From the NCBI GenBank assembly GCA_964016885.1, contig OZ024747.1, positions 39,866,001 to 39,930,000 of the forward strand: a DNA stretch of 64,000 nt, written 5' to 3'. A model generated the notes under the pieces. It was not told the DNA's origin. It saw nothing but the letters and a program-made list of their open reading frames with translations, and did no database searches. The position numbers and the translations under genes are program-made. Positions 41,582 through 55,876 of the stretch are shown here, piece after piece. The DNA is from Eledone cirrhosa (Eukaryota). Position 1 is the stretch's first letter; every line of letters starts with the position of its first letter.

Positions 41582-43097
41582 CTTTCTTTATTAACCACAA
41601 GGGTTTACACAAAGTAGACATTAAGGACAGTACAGGACAATACAGGACGGTACAAATGGTATTTCTGCGTGTAAAAAAAACAGAGGATGTAATAAAAACA
41701 ACAATGAAAAATTCCTCAATAGGGGGAGACTTCCGAAGGCCATCGTGGAGAAAGCCCATTTAAAAAAGCCACGGTGACCCTGACCACCAGGGCAAGTGCC
41801 CTCTCCCAGTTTTCCACCTTCCATTTACAGGCATGTACTCAGAGTAGGCCCATTCACTCGGGCCATTTTTGCCTCTCTCACCCATCTTTCAACAAAAAGC
41901 TGGGAAGAGAGCACCCCCCTCTCTACCGTGATTTTCCTTTTCAAATGAAATTTGAAAAAGTTAATCATAATAATAATAATAATAATACTAATAATGGTTT
42001 CTTATTTGAGTACAAAGCCAGCAATTTTTTTTTTGTGGGGGGAAGGAGGAAAGTCGATTAATCGACCTCAGTCCGTTACTGGTACTTTATAAATTGACCC
42101 TGTAAGGATGAAAGGAAAAGCTAACCTTGGAGGGATTTGAACTCAGAACGTAAAGGGCCGTAACTCTCTGATGCGAAGCAAAGTGTTGACGCTCTACCGA
42201 TTTTGCCAATCCAATAAAAATAATAATCTGCAGAAAGTACTGTCTATCTGAGGTTACAGAACTTGATAGCGAGTCAATTAAAGGATCCAATGTGAATACA
42301 ATTAGCACTGTGTAAATGAATTTAAATAATAACAATAATAATGATAAAATAAAAATAATGATAATAAAATTAACAATAGTAGCAATAATAATGATAATGT
42401 TTTCTTTATTAACCACAAGGCTTTACATAAAGTAGACATTAAGGACAGTACAGGACAATACAGGACGGTACAAATGGGCATTTCTGCGTGTAAAAAAAAC
42501 AGAGGATGAAATAAAATAACAAAGAAAAATTCCCCAATAGGGGGAGACTTCCGAGGGACATTTGTGGAGAAAGCCCATTAAAAGACCACAGTGACCCTGA
42601 CCACCAGGTCAAGTGCCCTCTCCCAGTTTTCCACCCTTACAGACACATACTCAGAGAAGGCCCATTCATTCGGGCCATACTTGTTTCTCTCACCCATCTT
42701 TCAACAAAATGCTGGGAAGAGAGCACTTCCCTCTCTACCCTGATTTTCCTTTTCAAATGAAATTAATAATGATAATAATAATTGTTTCTACATTTGGCAC
42801 AAGGCCAGCAAATACCCAGTGCATTACTGGTACTTTATTTTATAGACCCCGTAAGGATGAAAGGCTAAGTTAACCTCGGCGGGATTTGTACTCAGAATGG
42901 AAAGGGCCGTAACTCTATGCGTCAAAGCACGACGGCCGACCCTCTACCGATACTGTAGGAATACATATCAAACAAACTATTCACTATATATTATCCTGGG
43001 AAAGTTAAGGTGGAGAGTGTGTAAAATATTTGGCTTAGCAAAAACTATATTTAAAAGCACGTACACTATCACATCAAAATCAATAAAATAACGTTAT

Positions 43098-43138
<41 letters not shown>

Positions 43139-43412
43139 GGGGGTATGTCCGATCCAAATATGTTCACAGAAAAATTGTGTTCGAGGGTGCGAGCCTACCC
43201 ACATGTGTCCGTGTGAGTGTATTCACACATGTGTGTACGTATGTGTATGTATATATATATATGTGTGTATGTCCGTGTTTTTGTATCAGTATGTATTTCG
43301 AATCCCGCCGAGGTTAACTTTGCATTTCATCCTTACGTCGTCGATAAAATAAAGTACCAGTAATGCACTGGAGAAAATTGCTGGCCTTGTGCCAAAAAGT
43401 AGAACATTATTA
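40497..43412. mobile_element. Dense SINE cluster with two Tx1/L1-like 3' pieces
   Basis: SINEs at ~40497-40693, 40700-40800, 41415-41530, 41990-42215, 42778-42955 (-) and 43298-43412 (+); duplicated segments ~41584-41945 and ~42403-42760 share blocks with 47221-47540. Confidence 0.75.
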
Positions 43413-44075
43413 TGAACATGTGTGTGAATGTAAATGCGTGTATTTTCGTATGTGTAAGTATATGTTTGTAAATATGTGTGCGTGCGCGTGCTTGTATGAA
43501 TGTGTACGTGTGTTTGTATGTATGATTGTATTAGACAGAGTTCGATAACGAGGAAGAAGACAGCAGAGGGTAGTGGGAGGAGAGTGAATTTTAGAAAAGA
43601 CTTTTGAAACTAGTAAGAAAGACGCGAAATAAGTGAAAGAGTATCTAAAGAACAAGAAAAGAAAGAAAAAATTAAAAGTAAACATAGAAAAAGAAAACTA
43701 AACGAACACTTAAAGAATTCATTGAAATAATTAGGAAACTACGAAGACACAGACATGGAATTGTTCTCTAAGATGGTAACAAAATGCAAGGATATTATTG
43801 TAAGTTTTTCTTTTGTTTGCTTTTTGTCTCGTGTGTTGTTTTTTTTTGTGATTTCTCAGTCAATACTTGACAATCATCTTACGTTCTAGGGTATTGTCTT
43901 GTGTCTTCATGTACTGCGCTTGAATAATGTGTATCAATCGTGTGTCTTTTTTAATTATTCATTGTATTCTATACTCATATTATTTAGCGGAAATTACAGG
44001 TGTTTATTATTATTATTATTATTATTTTGCGTACATACGAAGATATAAAGACACAAAGAACACGCACCTGTATAC

Positions 44076-44132
<57 letters not shown>

Positions 44133-44147
44133 TAAGTATGGATATAA

Positions 44148-44183
<36 letters not shown>

Positions 44184-44274
44184 TTAAAATAACAGATTAA
44201 AGTTTAAGCAAAAAATCGCTGCTTTCACCCTTAACGAGCCCTCTTTGGATTTTAGTCTTCAAATTTATTATTAT

Positions 44275-44325
<51 letters not shown>

Positions 44326-44333
44326 TATATATT

Positions 44334-44420
<87 letters not shown>

Positions 44421-44577
44421 CAAAAGATTAATATCAAATCTTATATTTTGTCTAATGAAAACGTACTTAAACACCAATATTTCTTTGAAATATGTATAAT
44501 AAAATGTATATTTTGATTATGAGAATATTTTTCATTTATTAACATTTTGAATAATATATATATATATACATATATAT

Positions 44578-44668
<91 letters not shown>

Positions 44669-44706
44669 ATATTAACAAATGGAAACTATATTTATAAAAC
44701 CATATT

Positions 44707-44772
44707 TATTTCATTATACATATTTCAAGGGCCACCAAGGCAAATTATGGTGCGATTTCATCAGATAAAATA
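44707..44772 (-). ncRNA. Type I HHR (family H relative)
   Basis: UAUUUUAU-CUGAUGA-AA..CACCA...UGGUG..UU-GAAA-UAUGUA-UA-AUGAAAUA; a more damaged relative at ~44445-44506 (+). Confidence 0.6.
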
Positions 44773-45127
44773 TAATATAGATTAGTTTTATAAATAAATA
44801 TTGACATACCCTGAAAAATGCAACCTTCAAACTTTTACATATATATATATATATTTCTATACTTACATGTATACATATATGTATCTATGAACATTTGTAT
44901 ATATATTCATATACTCCGCAATAACTTTTACATGATGTAGGCGGCCCTTGTTCCAAATTATGGCTGATATGTGAAGCATCATTTGAAAGACTTGTCATGA
45001 ACCGATACAGGCTAAAACCTATGAAAGTTATCGAAGCATTATATATACATATATTGATTTAGATAGTTATATTATTCATATTATATAATGCATCTTTAGA
45101 TATTAATAATTATTATATATACATATC

Positions 45128-45158
<31 letters not shown>

Positions 45159-45203
45159 TCGAGCATCGCCACACTCACACACTATATGTATATAAATACA
45201 TGT

Positions 45204-45263
<60 letters not shown>

Positions 45264-45315
45264 GGGTGTGGGCGTGTGTGTGAGAGAGAGTGTGTGTGTG
45301 AGAGAGAGAGTGTGA

Positions 45316-45429
<114 letters not shown>

Positions 45430-47220
45430 ATGTGTGTTTACATTCATACATACATAAAATGTTACATATTCTTAGACACGTGTATAGACTCTCTATCTCC
45501 AAGCTTTAATTATAATATAAGAGAGGATAAAGAAGAATCATTACAATGTTTTATTAGATATTTACAGCTATGCTTTTACATATTTATATAAGTATACTTT
45601 ATGAAATATAACATACATTGGCAAATCTGTTATTAAGTTATTTGACCTTATCAGCACCCCATCTAAACCCAGTAAACTTTCATTGTTAAAAGTTCTGCTC
45701 AGAAAAATAGAAGCACCAGTATCATCGCCACCATTGACGCAATCAACATCGTCATTATTCTCGTCCTTACCTACGCCATCATATTAATAAACATGATGAT
45801 GATGACGATGATAATGAATGCCATCATCACTAGCATCATCATCATCATCATCCTCATCATCATCATCTCAATCTTATAAGAATATATAAGAACACTATTT
45901 CATCGTTCTCAGTTTATAATCTCAAAGTTATTTCGACATTACTAGCCCAATCTTATGTGTTAAATAAAATCTACTCTGAAGAACTATGAAGTGCTCAGCA
46001 TTAAGTGTGAGTATCGATGATGAACAATCTTTTGTCTTTTTATTTCCTATTACCATCTAAAAAGGGGTAAAATATGGGCCTGATGTCCAATTTTCTGTAA
46101 ATACCCCACTATTACTCAGGCGGAACATTTGGTATTACGGGTTATTTTTTAAACATCACTCGAAAGGAACTACATCAATAAAGCTTATAAAAAGAAAGAA
46201 ATTTGTTTTGTTTATGTTATGTTCACCAACGAAGTTAAAATAAGGTCCCACTTAACAGCACTATAACACATTCTAACAATCTTCTAGTGCAACTTTTAGC
46301 TGACATCATAACACATTTCTTATAACAGGCTAGGTAGCTGTCAGTATGCTGTTGCTAAAGTTGTTGATTAAAACTGCAACAGCTGCTGCTACTGATGCTG
46401 CTGGATTTTGTTGTTGCTTTCGTTTGCCGCTGCTTTTATTAGCTACAGCAGCCGTTACGTGTAATGGGATACACAGGAATATATGAACGTTGATCGAACT
46501 TTCCAAATTCCGTCACTTTATAAAAATGTTATTATTGATATAATTATCATTACACTGTAGAAAGTGGCCATCTTAAATATTCTAAATCAGGGTTTCTCAA
46601 ACTTTTTAGACTGCCGTAATATTTTTAGAGAATATTTTCGTCAACGCCTTCGCATTGAATTTGATTAAAAAAATACAACTATATATTAAAGATTAAATTT
46701 TACTATTTTCAAAGTTTTATTTAAGCAAATATCGAATTAATAAATGTGAGTTTTACTAGCAAAAGCTATTTTGTAATTTGTGACCCATTCCGGTTTTAGC
46801 ACTCATTAACCCCTAGAACCCGCTTGCGTTTCAATGTATTTTACATCGCCCAGAACCCACAGGTACACATTCTATAATTCGCTCCGCTAAATAAACAAAT
46901 GTTTATTTGTTCTATGTCCATCTCATATATAACACATATACTGGGTCAAACATGTGGTCGTTTCTAAAAAGTTATTTCTACAAAAACCTATGATATATAT
47001 ATCCGAAAATTCAAATTCTTATCATCAACCACATGTACCAAGGCAGTGTACTTCATATATAAACAAAAGGATGGGGTGCAGTTATTAATAATTTAGTTAG
47101 GCACTGACAAACATTGAATTGTAACAATGAATGCCAGACCAAATTATTCTAACAGCCATAGAATAGAGCCATCGAATTTCGCTTCAACTCTTTGTAACTC
47201 AGGAAAGTCCTAAATGATAT

Positions 47221-48032
47221 CTTTCTTTATTTGCCACAGGGGTGTACAAAAATGGGACATTAAAAGACCTGACGGCGGGGGTATTACATAAAAATAACTT
47301 TAACATTAATAAATAATAAACTATATATAATAAAATAACAATTGAAATCCCCAATAGGGGGGAGAACGTTACTGCAGAGTTGTTTTACACCCTGTGGATA
47401 GAAAAACCCTCAACACCAGCAACACGTTTTGTAGGTGTTCCTGTCTTCCCTCTGTTTATCTTCCTCAACCTACAGATTTATATACAGAGAAGGCCCATTC
47501 ACTCAGGCCATTTTCGCCACATTCATCCACCTTTCAGCGAATTTACTGTAGCACCTCTCTCTCCACTCTCACCTTCCTTCTGAAGTGATACTTAAAGAAG
47601 GGGATAAGTTGTTGTCCGGAGAGAAAGGTGTTTGCTCTCAGTCCGTTTAACCTCGTCCACCATATTACCTCTTTCACCATAGCCACCGGACTGAGGAAAA
47701 CCGCCTCTCCTTCGTTCTTAAATGAAGGCGGCGGGGTGATCCTCACGATGGACTCGACTGACAACTGGATGCGTCCTACACGTGACAGCAGCTGTTCGAC
47801 ATAATTCCACAGGTCGGTCACCCCTAGGCACTGAACAATTGCGTGCAGAACGGTTTCGATGTCCTGCTCGCATCTTGGACAGGTTCTTTTGGCAGGATCT
47901 CTGCCAGGGCGTCCGTGCCTGTAGATATTGTCTCGAACTGGTAGATCTCCTCGGTACCACTGCCAGGCCAGAAACCTCTGGATGTTATCCATAGGCTCTA
48001 GACGGAAAGTCCTCCCGAACAGACTGGTCAGT
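47221..48032 (-). mobile_element. 5'-truncated Tx1/L1-clade LINE with 17-bp TSD
   Basis: Zinc knuckle CPRCEQDIETVLHAIVQC after FLAWQWYRGDLPV; TSD AAAGTCCTAAATGATAT at 47204-47220 and 48033-48049. Confidence 0.85.
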
Positions 48033-48374
48033 AAAGTCCTAAATGATATACCAGGAAAACAGGGTTGTGGCCATTTCCATCACATCAAAGGGAAATGTAT
48101 ACGCATGTGTATATCGGCGATGAATAGCAGCCACCAATATTTGCTCTATGCAAATGTGTCGATCGGCGGCAGTGATGTCCCAGACTACCAAATAATCGAT
48201 ACATACGGAGAACATAACATCCCCAAATCTGGATGAATGGCATCATCGCGGTTGATGGGCTCCAAGATCGACAATATGTCTGCATATGCTACAGGTTTTT
48301 TGATTACATAAATTTCGCACGGTATCAGCCCAGGCCATGTCAAACATAACAGTAATACTTGGCAATGACGTACA

Positions 48375-48778
48375 AATAATTTGTTTCTAGATTAAGCACA
48401 AGGCCAGCAATTTAAAAGGGAGGAGAAAGTCGATTAAATCGACCCCAATGTTTGACTAGTACATTATTCTATCGACCCCGTAACGATGAAAGGCAAAGTT
48501 AACCTCGGCAGGATTTGAACTCAGAACGTAAAGAGCCGTAACTGATACCACCCAGCAACTTGTCCAACGCTCTACCGATTCTGACAATCGACCGCCCTTA
48601 CAAATAATGGTTTTACTTTTGGCACAAGGCCAGCAAAATTACCCAGTGAATTATTGGTACTTTATTTTATCGACCCCGTAAGGATGAAAGGCAAAGTTAA
48701 CCTCGGTGGGATTTGAACTCAGTCCGTAAAGGGACGTAACTGTGCTGCAAAGCATGGCGTCAGACCCTCTACCGATAC
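48375..48778 (-). mobile_element. Two adjacent tRNA-derived SINEs
   Basis: Reverse-complement SINE core and B box (GGATTTGAACTC) twice. Confidence 0.85.
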
Positions 48779-49242
48779 AAATGCTACCAAATTTGTCCAG
48801 GGGCATTTGTGAATCATTTCTGTTTTGATGCATTTTGGTTATATAATGTGAGGTAAAAATTCTGTGGGTGGCTAGCTTTATAAATTAATATGAATATATT
48901 TATACCCATGCGCGTACAAACACATACACATTCACCATACACAGAAACACACACCTTCACACACACACACAAATATATATATTGAAAAGGCGTCATGAAT
49001 TCACATGGGACGATGTAATTTCAATACTGGCGCTAGTTTAAAGAAGACTAACATAATTATAACATTAAGACGATACGACGTGTTCAGGGGAATTGGCTAC
49101 AGTGAATCTAGTCTATATATTTAAAACATATATAATCATATTATAAGTATATGAATCAACCTCCATAGACCAAATATATACATGATAATTCTTATAAATT
49201 TTAACGATCCTAGAGTAGATAAATCAACAAATTATAAACATA

Positions 49243-49362
<120 letters not shown>

Positions 49363-49483
49363 GTGTGTTTGTGTGTGTGTTGGGTGTGTGTGTGTGTGTG
49401 TGTGTATGTTCCCTCTGTTTATCTTCCTCAGCCTACAGGTTTATATACAGAGAAGGCCTATTCACTCGGGCACATGTGTGTGG

Positions 49484-49529
<46 letters not shown>

Positions 49530-49534
<5 letters not shown>

Positions 49535-50509
49535 GTTTGTCCTCATCAGTGGCCTTCCAACCGTCGTAGGCATTTCGTCGCATTAAAGGCCATATACCTC
49601 AGGTTGGTGCGAGCAACGGCTAAAAAAAGTCGTTGGGACACGTAAATAAAGGGGACGCTAGGGTAAACAAACAAAATGGTTTAAGCAACAGAAAGTGATG
49701 AAGAAGAAAGAAACAAGTCCCAGATTTCTATGAATATAAATTCGGTGGAATCGTGAACGAGAGAATAAAGACCATCAAACCTGGTTGAAATGTGAGCAAG
49801 GAAGGAATTTCGCACAGGTCTAACGGGAGGAAGAATGGGTCTGGTCTGCGAATTCGGTAAACATAAGTTCTGTGAAGTCGCAGACGAGAGAGAGAGAGAA
49901 AAAAAATTCAAACCGGCTTGGCCTAGTGCGCGCCAGAAAAGGATTACGGACAGGTCAAACGGGAAGAAAGGGGAGGAGGAGAGGTAGTGACAGAGAGTGA
50001 GTGAGTGAAAGGTGAGGAAGAGGCTAACAGAGAGAGAGAGAGACTGCTAGAAGGGGTAAAGACACAAAGAACGAAACAGACTGGTGGCAGCGGAGGAAAA
50101 AATATATGTGTAAATATGATAATAAATGGAGCTGCGGCGCTGCAAATGGGTTACATATGAAAAAGTTTGTCCTCATCAGTGGCCTTCCAACCGTCGTAGG
50201 CATTTCGTCGCATTAAAGGTCAAACGGGAAGAAAGGGGAGGTCACGATTCCACCGAATTTATATTCATAGAAATCTGGGACTTGTTTCTTTCTTCTTCAT
50301 CACTTTCTGTTGCTTAAACCATTTTGTTTGTTTACCCTAGCGTCCCCTTTAATTACGTGTCCCAACGACTTTTTTTAGCCGTTGCTCGCACCAACCTGAG
50401 GTATATGGCCTTTAATGCGACGAAATGCCTACGACGGTTGGAAGGCCACTGATGAGGACAAACTTTTTCATATGTAACCCATTTGCAGCGCCGCAGCTCC
50501 ATTATTATC

Positions 50510-50511
<2 letters not shown>
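49530..50511. mobile_element. Fold-back element (family J) with 630-bp direct periodicity
   Basis: 49530 repeats at 50160; 50242-50468 inverts 49530-49755; ~45-nt extension; TA flanks. Confidence 0.75.
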
Positions 50512-50574
<63 letters not shown>

Positions 50575-50762
50575 CATACATACATACAGAGAGAAGGGTG
50601 GTAATTCGAATTAGTCGGGTCGGCTACACGTTTCTCCATCTCTATTATCATTTGAAAATCATGAAACTTGTGTAAACGGTGAAGTTATATATTATTATAA
50701 ATAAACCTTCTCAAAGACTCCAATAGCATTTTCAACTTTTGTATTACTATATATATATATAT

Positions 50763-50831
<69 letters not shown>

Positions 50832-51765
50832 CAGAGAGGAAGTGAGAAAGATATAGAGGGAGAATCTTCCCAGTACTAGACTGGTACATCTTTATCAACT
50901 TCGAATGGATGAAAGACAAAGTTGATCACTGTGGGATTTGAGCAGAGAGCCGGAACTAATATCACAAAGCATTCTATCCGATGTTCTCACGGATCTTCTG
51001 ATTTGCCGCCCTGAGCAATCTGCAGCATGCCAAATAAAGGTATTGCCCCTGATGCAGAATATAGTCTTGGAGTGAATTGTCTGTTTTTTGCCTGTATTAC
51101 ATCACTGGAATTTAGTTAGTTTCCCCTTGCTATGTAAAAGTCTGCAATAATCAATACGAATCGACTTTAAAGTTGTTCTGCAGATATAACAATCCGTGCA
51201 GCCATTCAGTAAATTGTCTGGTTGATCATATGTTTATCTAACATGTCTGTGAAACTGCGAGTCAAAATGACTCACCAACTCTTAACTTTTATGTATAAAG
51301 TTGAACAATATATTTGATGTTAATTTCTTTTGTTTATACATACGTGAGTGTGTGTGTATAAGGATGTATATAATTTTGCATCTATAGATTTGTGTATGTA
51401 TCTGTGCTTGCGAGAGATTATGTGTGTTGGGACAAGGCATGGACCCAGAAACCTGAATTTTAAAACATTAACACGTCATATTCTGATGAATGCTGAATCA
51501 AATAAAAGATTATGAATTTTAATAAATGTATTCTTTATAAAATGCTCCAATATCGTTAGAGAGACATACGTAGAAAGCCATTGACAGAACATCCCGATCT
51601 TTTGAGTTTTAGCAGGTAACTTTACCGGACATAGTTGGAGCTACGTAAACACTGAGCCGCTTTGTTCAACGTTTAAAATATTTTCGGGCTTACATCCTGA
51701 AAATAATACCATGTTGTATGACATTTCCAGATCTAAGTATATTTTTTCTAAACCAAAATCCATTG

Positions 51766-52673
51766 AATGTTACCATCTAATGTTACCACCTAATGTTATC
51801 ACTTAATGTTACCACATAATGTTACCACCTAATGTTACCACCTAATGTTACCACCTAATGTTATCACTTAATGTTACCACATAATGTTACCACCTAATGT
51901 TACCACCTAATGTTACCACCTAATGTTACCACCTAATGTTACCACCTAATGTTACCACCTAATGTTACCACCTAATGTTATCACTTAATGTTACCACCTA
52001 ATGTTACCACCTAATGTTACCACTTAATGTTACCACCTAATGTTACCACCTAATGTTATCACTTAATGTTACCACCTAATGTTACCACCTAATGTTACCA
52101 CTTAATGTTACCACCTAATGTTACCACCTAATGTTACCACCTAATGTTACCACCTAATGTTACCACCTAATGTTATCACTTAATGTTACCACCTAATGTT
52201 ACCACCTAATGTTACCACTTAATGTTACCACCTAATGTTACCACTTAATGTTACCACCTAATGTTACCACTTAATGTTACCACCTAATGTTACCACCTAA
52301 TGTTACCACCTAATGTTACCACTTAATGTTACCACCTAATGTTACCACTTAATGTTGCCACTTAATGTTACCACCTAATGTTACCACCTAATGTTACCAC
52401 TTAATGTTACCACTTAATGTTACCACCTAATGTTACCACCTAATGTTACCACCTAATGTTACCACCTAATGTTACCACCTAATGTTACCACCTAATGTTA
52501 CCACCTAATGTTACCACCTAATGTTACCACCTAATGTTACCACCTAATGTTACCACTTAATGTTACCACCTAATGTTACCACTTAATGTTACCACCTAAT
52601 GTTACCACTTAATGTTACAACCCAATGTTACTACCTAATGTTACCACTTAATGTTACCACCTAATGTTACCAC
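51766..52673. repeat. 13-bp minisatellite (AATGTTACCACCT), ~70 copies
   Basis: Direct inspection; variants ATCACTT and ACCACTT interspersed. Confidence 0.95.
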
Positions 52674-53053
52674 GTAAATTTATATAAAACAAAATCAACG
52701 AGAAAGCCACTACAGAGTCATTGGACCTGCTAGATATTTCAGCTAAATTTAATTAAATCAAATCAGATGGTCTTACAAAAGAAAATATAAACTGAACAAT
52801 GCAAGCAGTGATATATGAGTCGATGGAATGCTCATCGTTGAAGTACATTTGATTATAGGTTTCCTGGATCAGAGTTTACCTGGAGATATGTATCAACAAT
52901 TGTATCAACAAGGAATTATAACCACATATAACCTGTATCTTAAAGAATGTTCATACTGAGATAACAGGGATATCTCAAGAAAAATGTTGCACTTTATATT
53001 GGATGAGGAACTAAAATGTTGATGCAATTCGCAAATACACACGCACAAGTGCA

Positions 53054-53104
<51 letters not shown>

Positions 53105-53195
53105 CGAATGAGATGTGGTAAGGAACCAGGTGGACCATAACGCACCAAAGTACTCAATACTTGAGGTAGTAGAGTGGGTAATAGGAACCAGTAAG

Positions 53196-53289
53196 ACCCC
53201 GACAGCTGAGCTCAAGCCGTTTCGACGGCTAATTCTGGACTAAATGAAAATTTATCCTGGTATTTAAATAGCCGATCTTCTCAAGGGGT
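53196..53289 (-). ncRNA. Type I HHR, U3-A8 variant (left arm)
   Basis: Mirror of 56978-57071. Confidence 0.75.
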
Positions 53290-54376
53290 AATTCCATATA
53301 TGGTCAAAGTGATTGTCAAAAATCAGTAGTAATTCTGTGGTTGCAAATTAGTAGGGGAGATGGTGGCTAAACCTGCCAGTAGGAGAAAGAGGGGAGGGGG
53401 TGGAGTAGGCCCAATCAAGCGTTGGTAGTGCCAGCTACAGCTGGGCATGAGGTCAAAGAAGATACAGAGGAGGGGGAGGGGGAGGAAGTCGGAACGGTAG
53501 GTAGAACAATGGGGGTAGAAATAGGAAAGAAAAAATACTGAGAGTGAAGAAAAGCAAATAAGTGTAAAGAAAAAGTAAAGTAAATTAAATTCTACGACCT
53601 AGGTGTCAGGCTATTGTTAGGCTAGAATAAAAAAAGAAAGAAAGAAGTAAATAAATAAATAAATAAATAAATAACGAAATAAGTAAAAGAACTAGGTGGG
53701 ACGAAATAGGCAAGGACCCTTTTAAGAGGTATAAGTACGTAAATGATACGGTGACGGGTCAACAAAAGGGGCCAAAATACTAAAGAGACTACCACGAAAT
53801 AAACAATAAAGGTTTCCATCCCGGGCCAGCAACGACCCAGTGCAGCAAAGTGAACTTGTACGAGATAATAATTCTGAGTCCCGAGAAAAATATATACTAA
53901 TGCTAACTCTAAAAGATCTAAAACAAGCTACATGAAAGTTCGTACGAAATAAAGGTAGAATACGGAGAAATAAATTCAGAATCCACCCCGCCCAGAAGAA
54001 AAGCGAAGCAAGAAATTCTGAAACGAAAAAATAAGGCATAAGTGCCACTAAGAAATATAGAGGGCACAGAGAATAGTGGGAGCGGTCGGAAAAAGGGGGC
54101 AAGTATCCGGGGTCTAAGCCAACTGCTATAAAGGGCGGAGTCCGCCAAATCTATCATATACTAGGGGAGGGGGTGGTGGGGGTACTAAGGCTACATGGGG
54201 CCGAAGGGCAGCCTCGGGTGGGCGAGAAAAGACGCCGACAAAGGAGAAGAGCTAGGGTAGAAGGACAAAGGAGAGAGGGGGAAGGAAATAAAGGAAGCGA
54301 TAAAAGAATACAAAGAAGATCTTACGTCTTCCTTGGCAAGCAGGGGTTACCCATTGCAAAATCGGCAAGTGGGGTG

Positions 54377-55145
54377 TTATAGCCCTAGTCTACCCCCCCC
54401 CCCCCCACCCGGGTCATTATGGGGTTTGAGGGCGAGGTAAGTCCTACGCAATCTATGTTTACATGCAGTAACCAGTTCATCTTTCTTGTTTAGGAGTTGG
54501 TCCGTCGAAAACAGCATTTGTAAAGTTTCCTCCGAGCATAAATTGCACGGACGGCGTCCTCCCGTGTAAGAATTGGCTCTGGACAGTAATCTCCAAGTGA
54601 GATCATAGGTGATGTTGTTGTCCTTGAGGTCCCATATGTGGCCCGAAAGTGTAGTGGCGTGACGCCGGGCCGGGTTTCGGAAGGTATGTCTATGTTGGTA
54701 TAGCCGGGTCTTGAAGTCACATGCGGTAAGTCCTATATAGGCTTTGTTGGAGGTATCCGTCCTCACGTTGCACTGGTAGATCACATTACGGTCTCTGCAT
54801 CTATTGTCGAGTGGGCAAATAGATCTATCCGGGCAGTTACACCTCCTGGTCGGTTCTCCACTGCTATTTAGGTTATTTCTGCCATCGGGGTTGAGTTTTT
54901 TGTTGTTAGAGGAGACGATGTTTTGTGCGAAGTTTGGTGTAGTGCTGTAAGAGAGTTTAATGGTATTTTTGTTATTTATGTTGTGGTAGCGGTGTTGTAA
55001 TGGGAAGTGTTTTTCAATGAGCCTAAAGAATAGTTTCCCGATGGGAGTAGTCACCTCTGCGTTGTGGGGAGGATTGAACCATGTTATATTGCGTGAGCGG
55101 CGGTGTCTCCTGCTGGTTCCGTTAATGGGAGCTGGAGGAGACACC
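54377..55145 (-). CDS. Truncated Neptune-type GIY-YIG endonuclease region (left arm)
   Basis: NITWFNPP, CNCPDRSICPLDNRC, VIYQC...YIGLT..FKTRLYQH, CNLCSEE. Confidence 0.9.
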
Positions 55146-55147
55146 GG

Positions 55148-55876
55148 AACGGAACCAGCAGGAGACACCGCCGCTCACGCAATATAACATGGTTCAATCC
55201 TCCCCACAACGCAGAGGTGACTACTCCCATCGGGAAACTATTCTTTAGGCTCATTGAAAAACACTTCCCATTACAACACCGCTACCACAACATAATTAAC
55301 AAAAATACCATTAAACTCTCTTACAGCACTACACCAAACTTCGCACAAAACATCGTCTCCTCTAACAACAAAAAACTCAACCCCGATGGCAGAAATAACC
55401 TAAATAGCAGTGGAGAACCGACCAGGAGGTGTAACTGCCCGGATAGATCTATTTGCCCACTCGACAATAGATGCAGAGACCGTAATGTGATCTACCAGTG
55501 CAACGTGAGGACGGATACCTCCAACAAAGCCTATATAGGACTTACCGCATGTGACTTCAAGACCCGGCTATACCAACATAGACATACCTTCCGAAACCCG
55601 GCCCGGCGTCACGCCACTACACTTTCGGGCCACATATGGGACCTCAAGGACAACAACATCACCTATGATCTCACTTGGAGATTACTGTCCAGAGCCAATT
55701 CTTACACGGGAGGACGCCGTCCGTGCAATTTATGCTCGGAGGAAACTTTACAAATGCTGTTTTCGACGGACCAACTCCTAAACAAGAAAGATGAACTGGT
55801 TACTGCATGTAAACATAGATTGCGTAGGACTTACCTCGCCCTCAAACCCCATAATGACCCGGGGGGGGGGGGGTAG
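55148..55876 (+). CDS. Truncated Neptune-type GIY-YIG endonuclease region (right arm)
   Basis: Same protein as the left arm except HNIINK vs HNINNK and poly-G length; no genuine start codon. Confidence 0.9.
   Translation, partial: NGTSRRHRRSRNITWFNPPHNAEVTTPIGKLFFRLIEKHFPLQHRYHNIINKNTIKLSYSTTPNFAQNIVSSNNKKLNPDGRNNLNSSGEPTRRCNCPDRSICPLDNRCRDRNVIYQCNVRTDTSNKAYIGLTACDFKTRLYQHRHTFRNPARRHATTLSGHIWDLKDNNITYDLTWRLLSRANSYTGGRRPCNLCSEETLQMLFSTDQLLNKKDELVTACKHRLRRTYLALKPHNDPGGGG

Noticed and set aside
46588-48330. Possible hAT TIR (CAGGGTTTCTCAAACT, 46588) and piggyBac end (TTAA-CCCCTAG, 46806) with decayed transposase
   Set aside because: No matching second TIR found and the peptide similarity is too weak to support by eye.
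53622-54382. Short ORFs in the family A 3' UTR (mirrored at 55898-56645)
   Set aside because: Low-complexity, mostly non-ATG starts, duplicated only by the palindrome.
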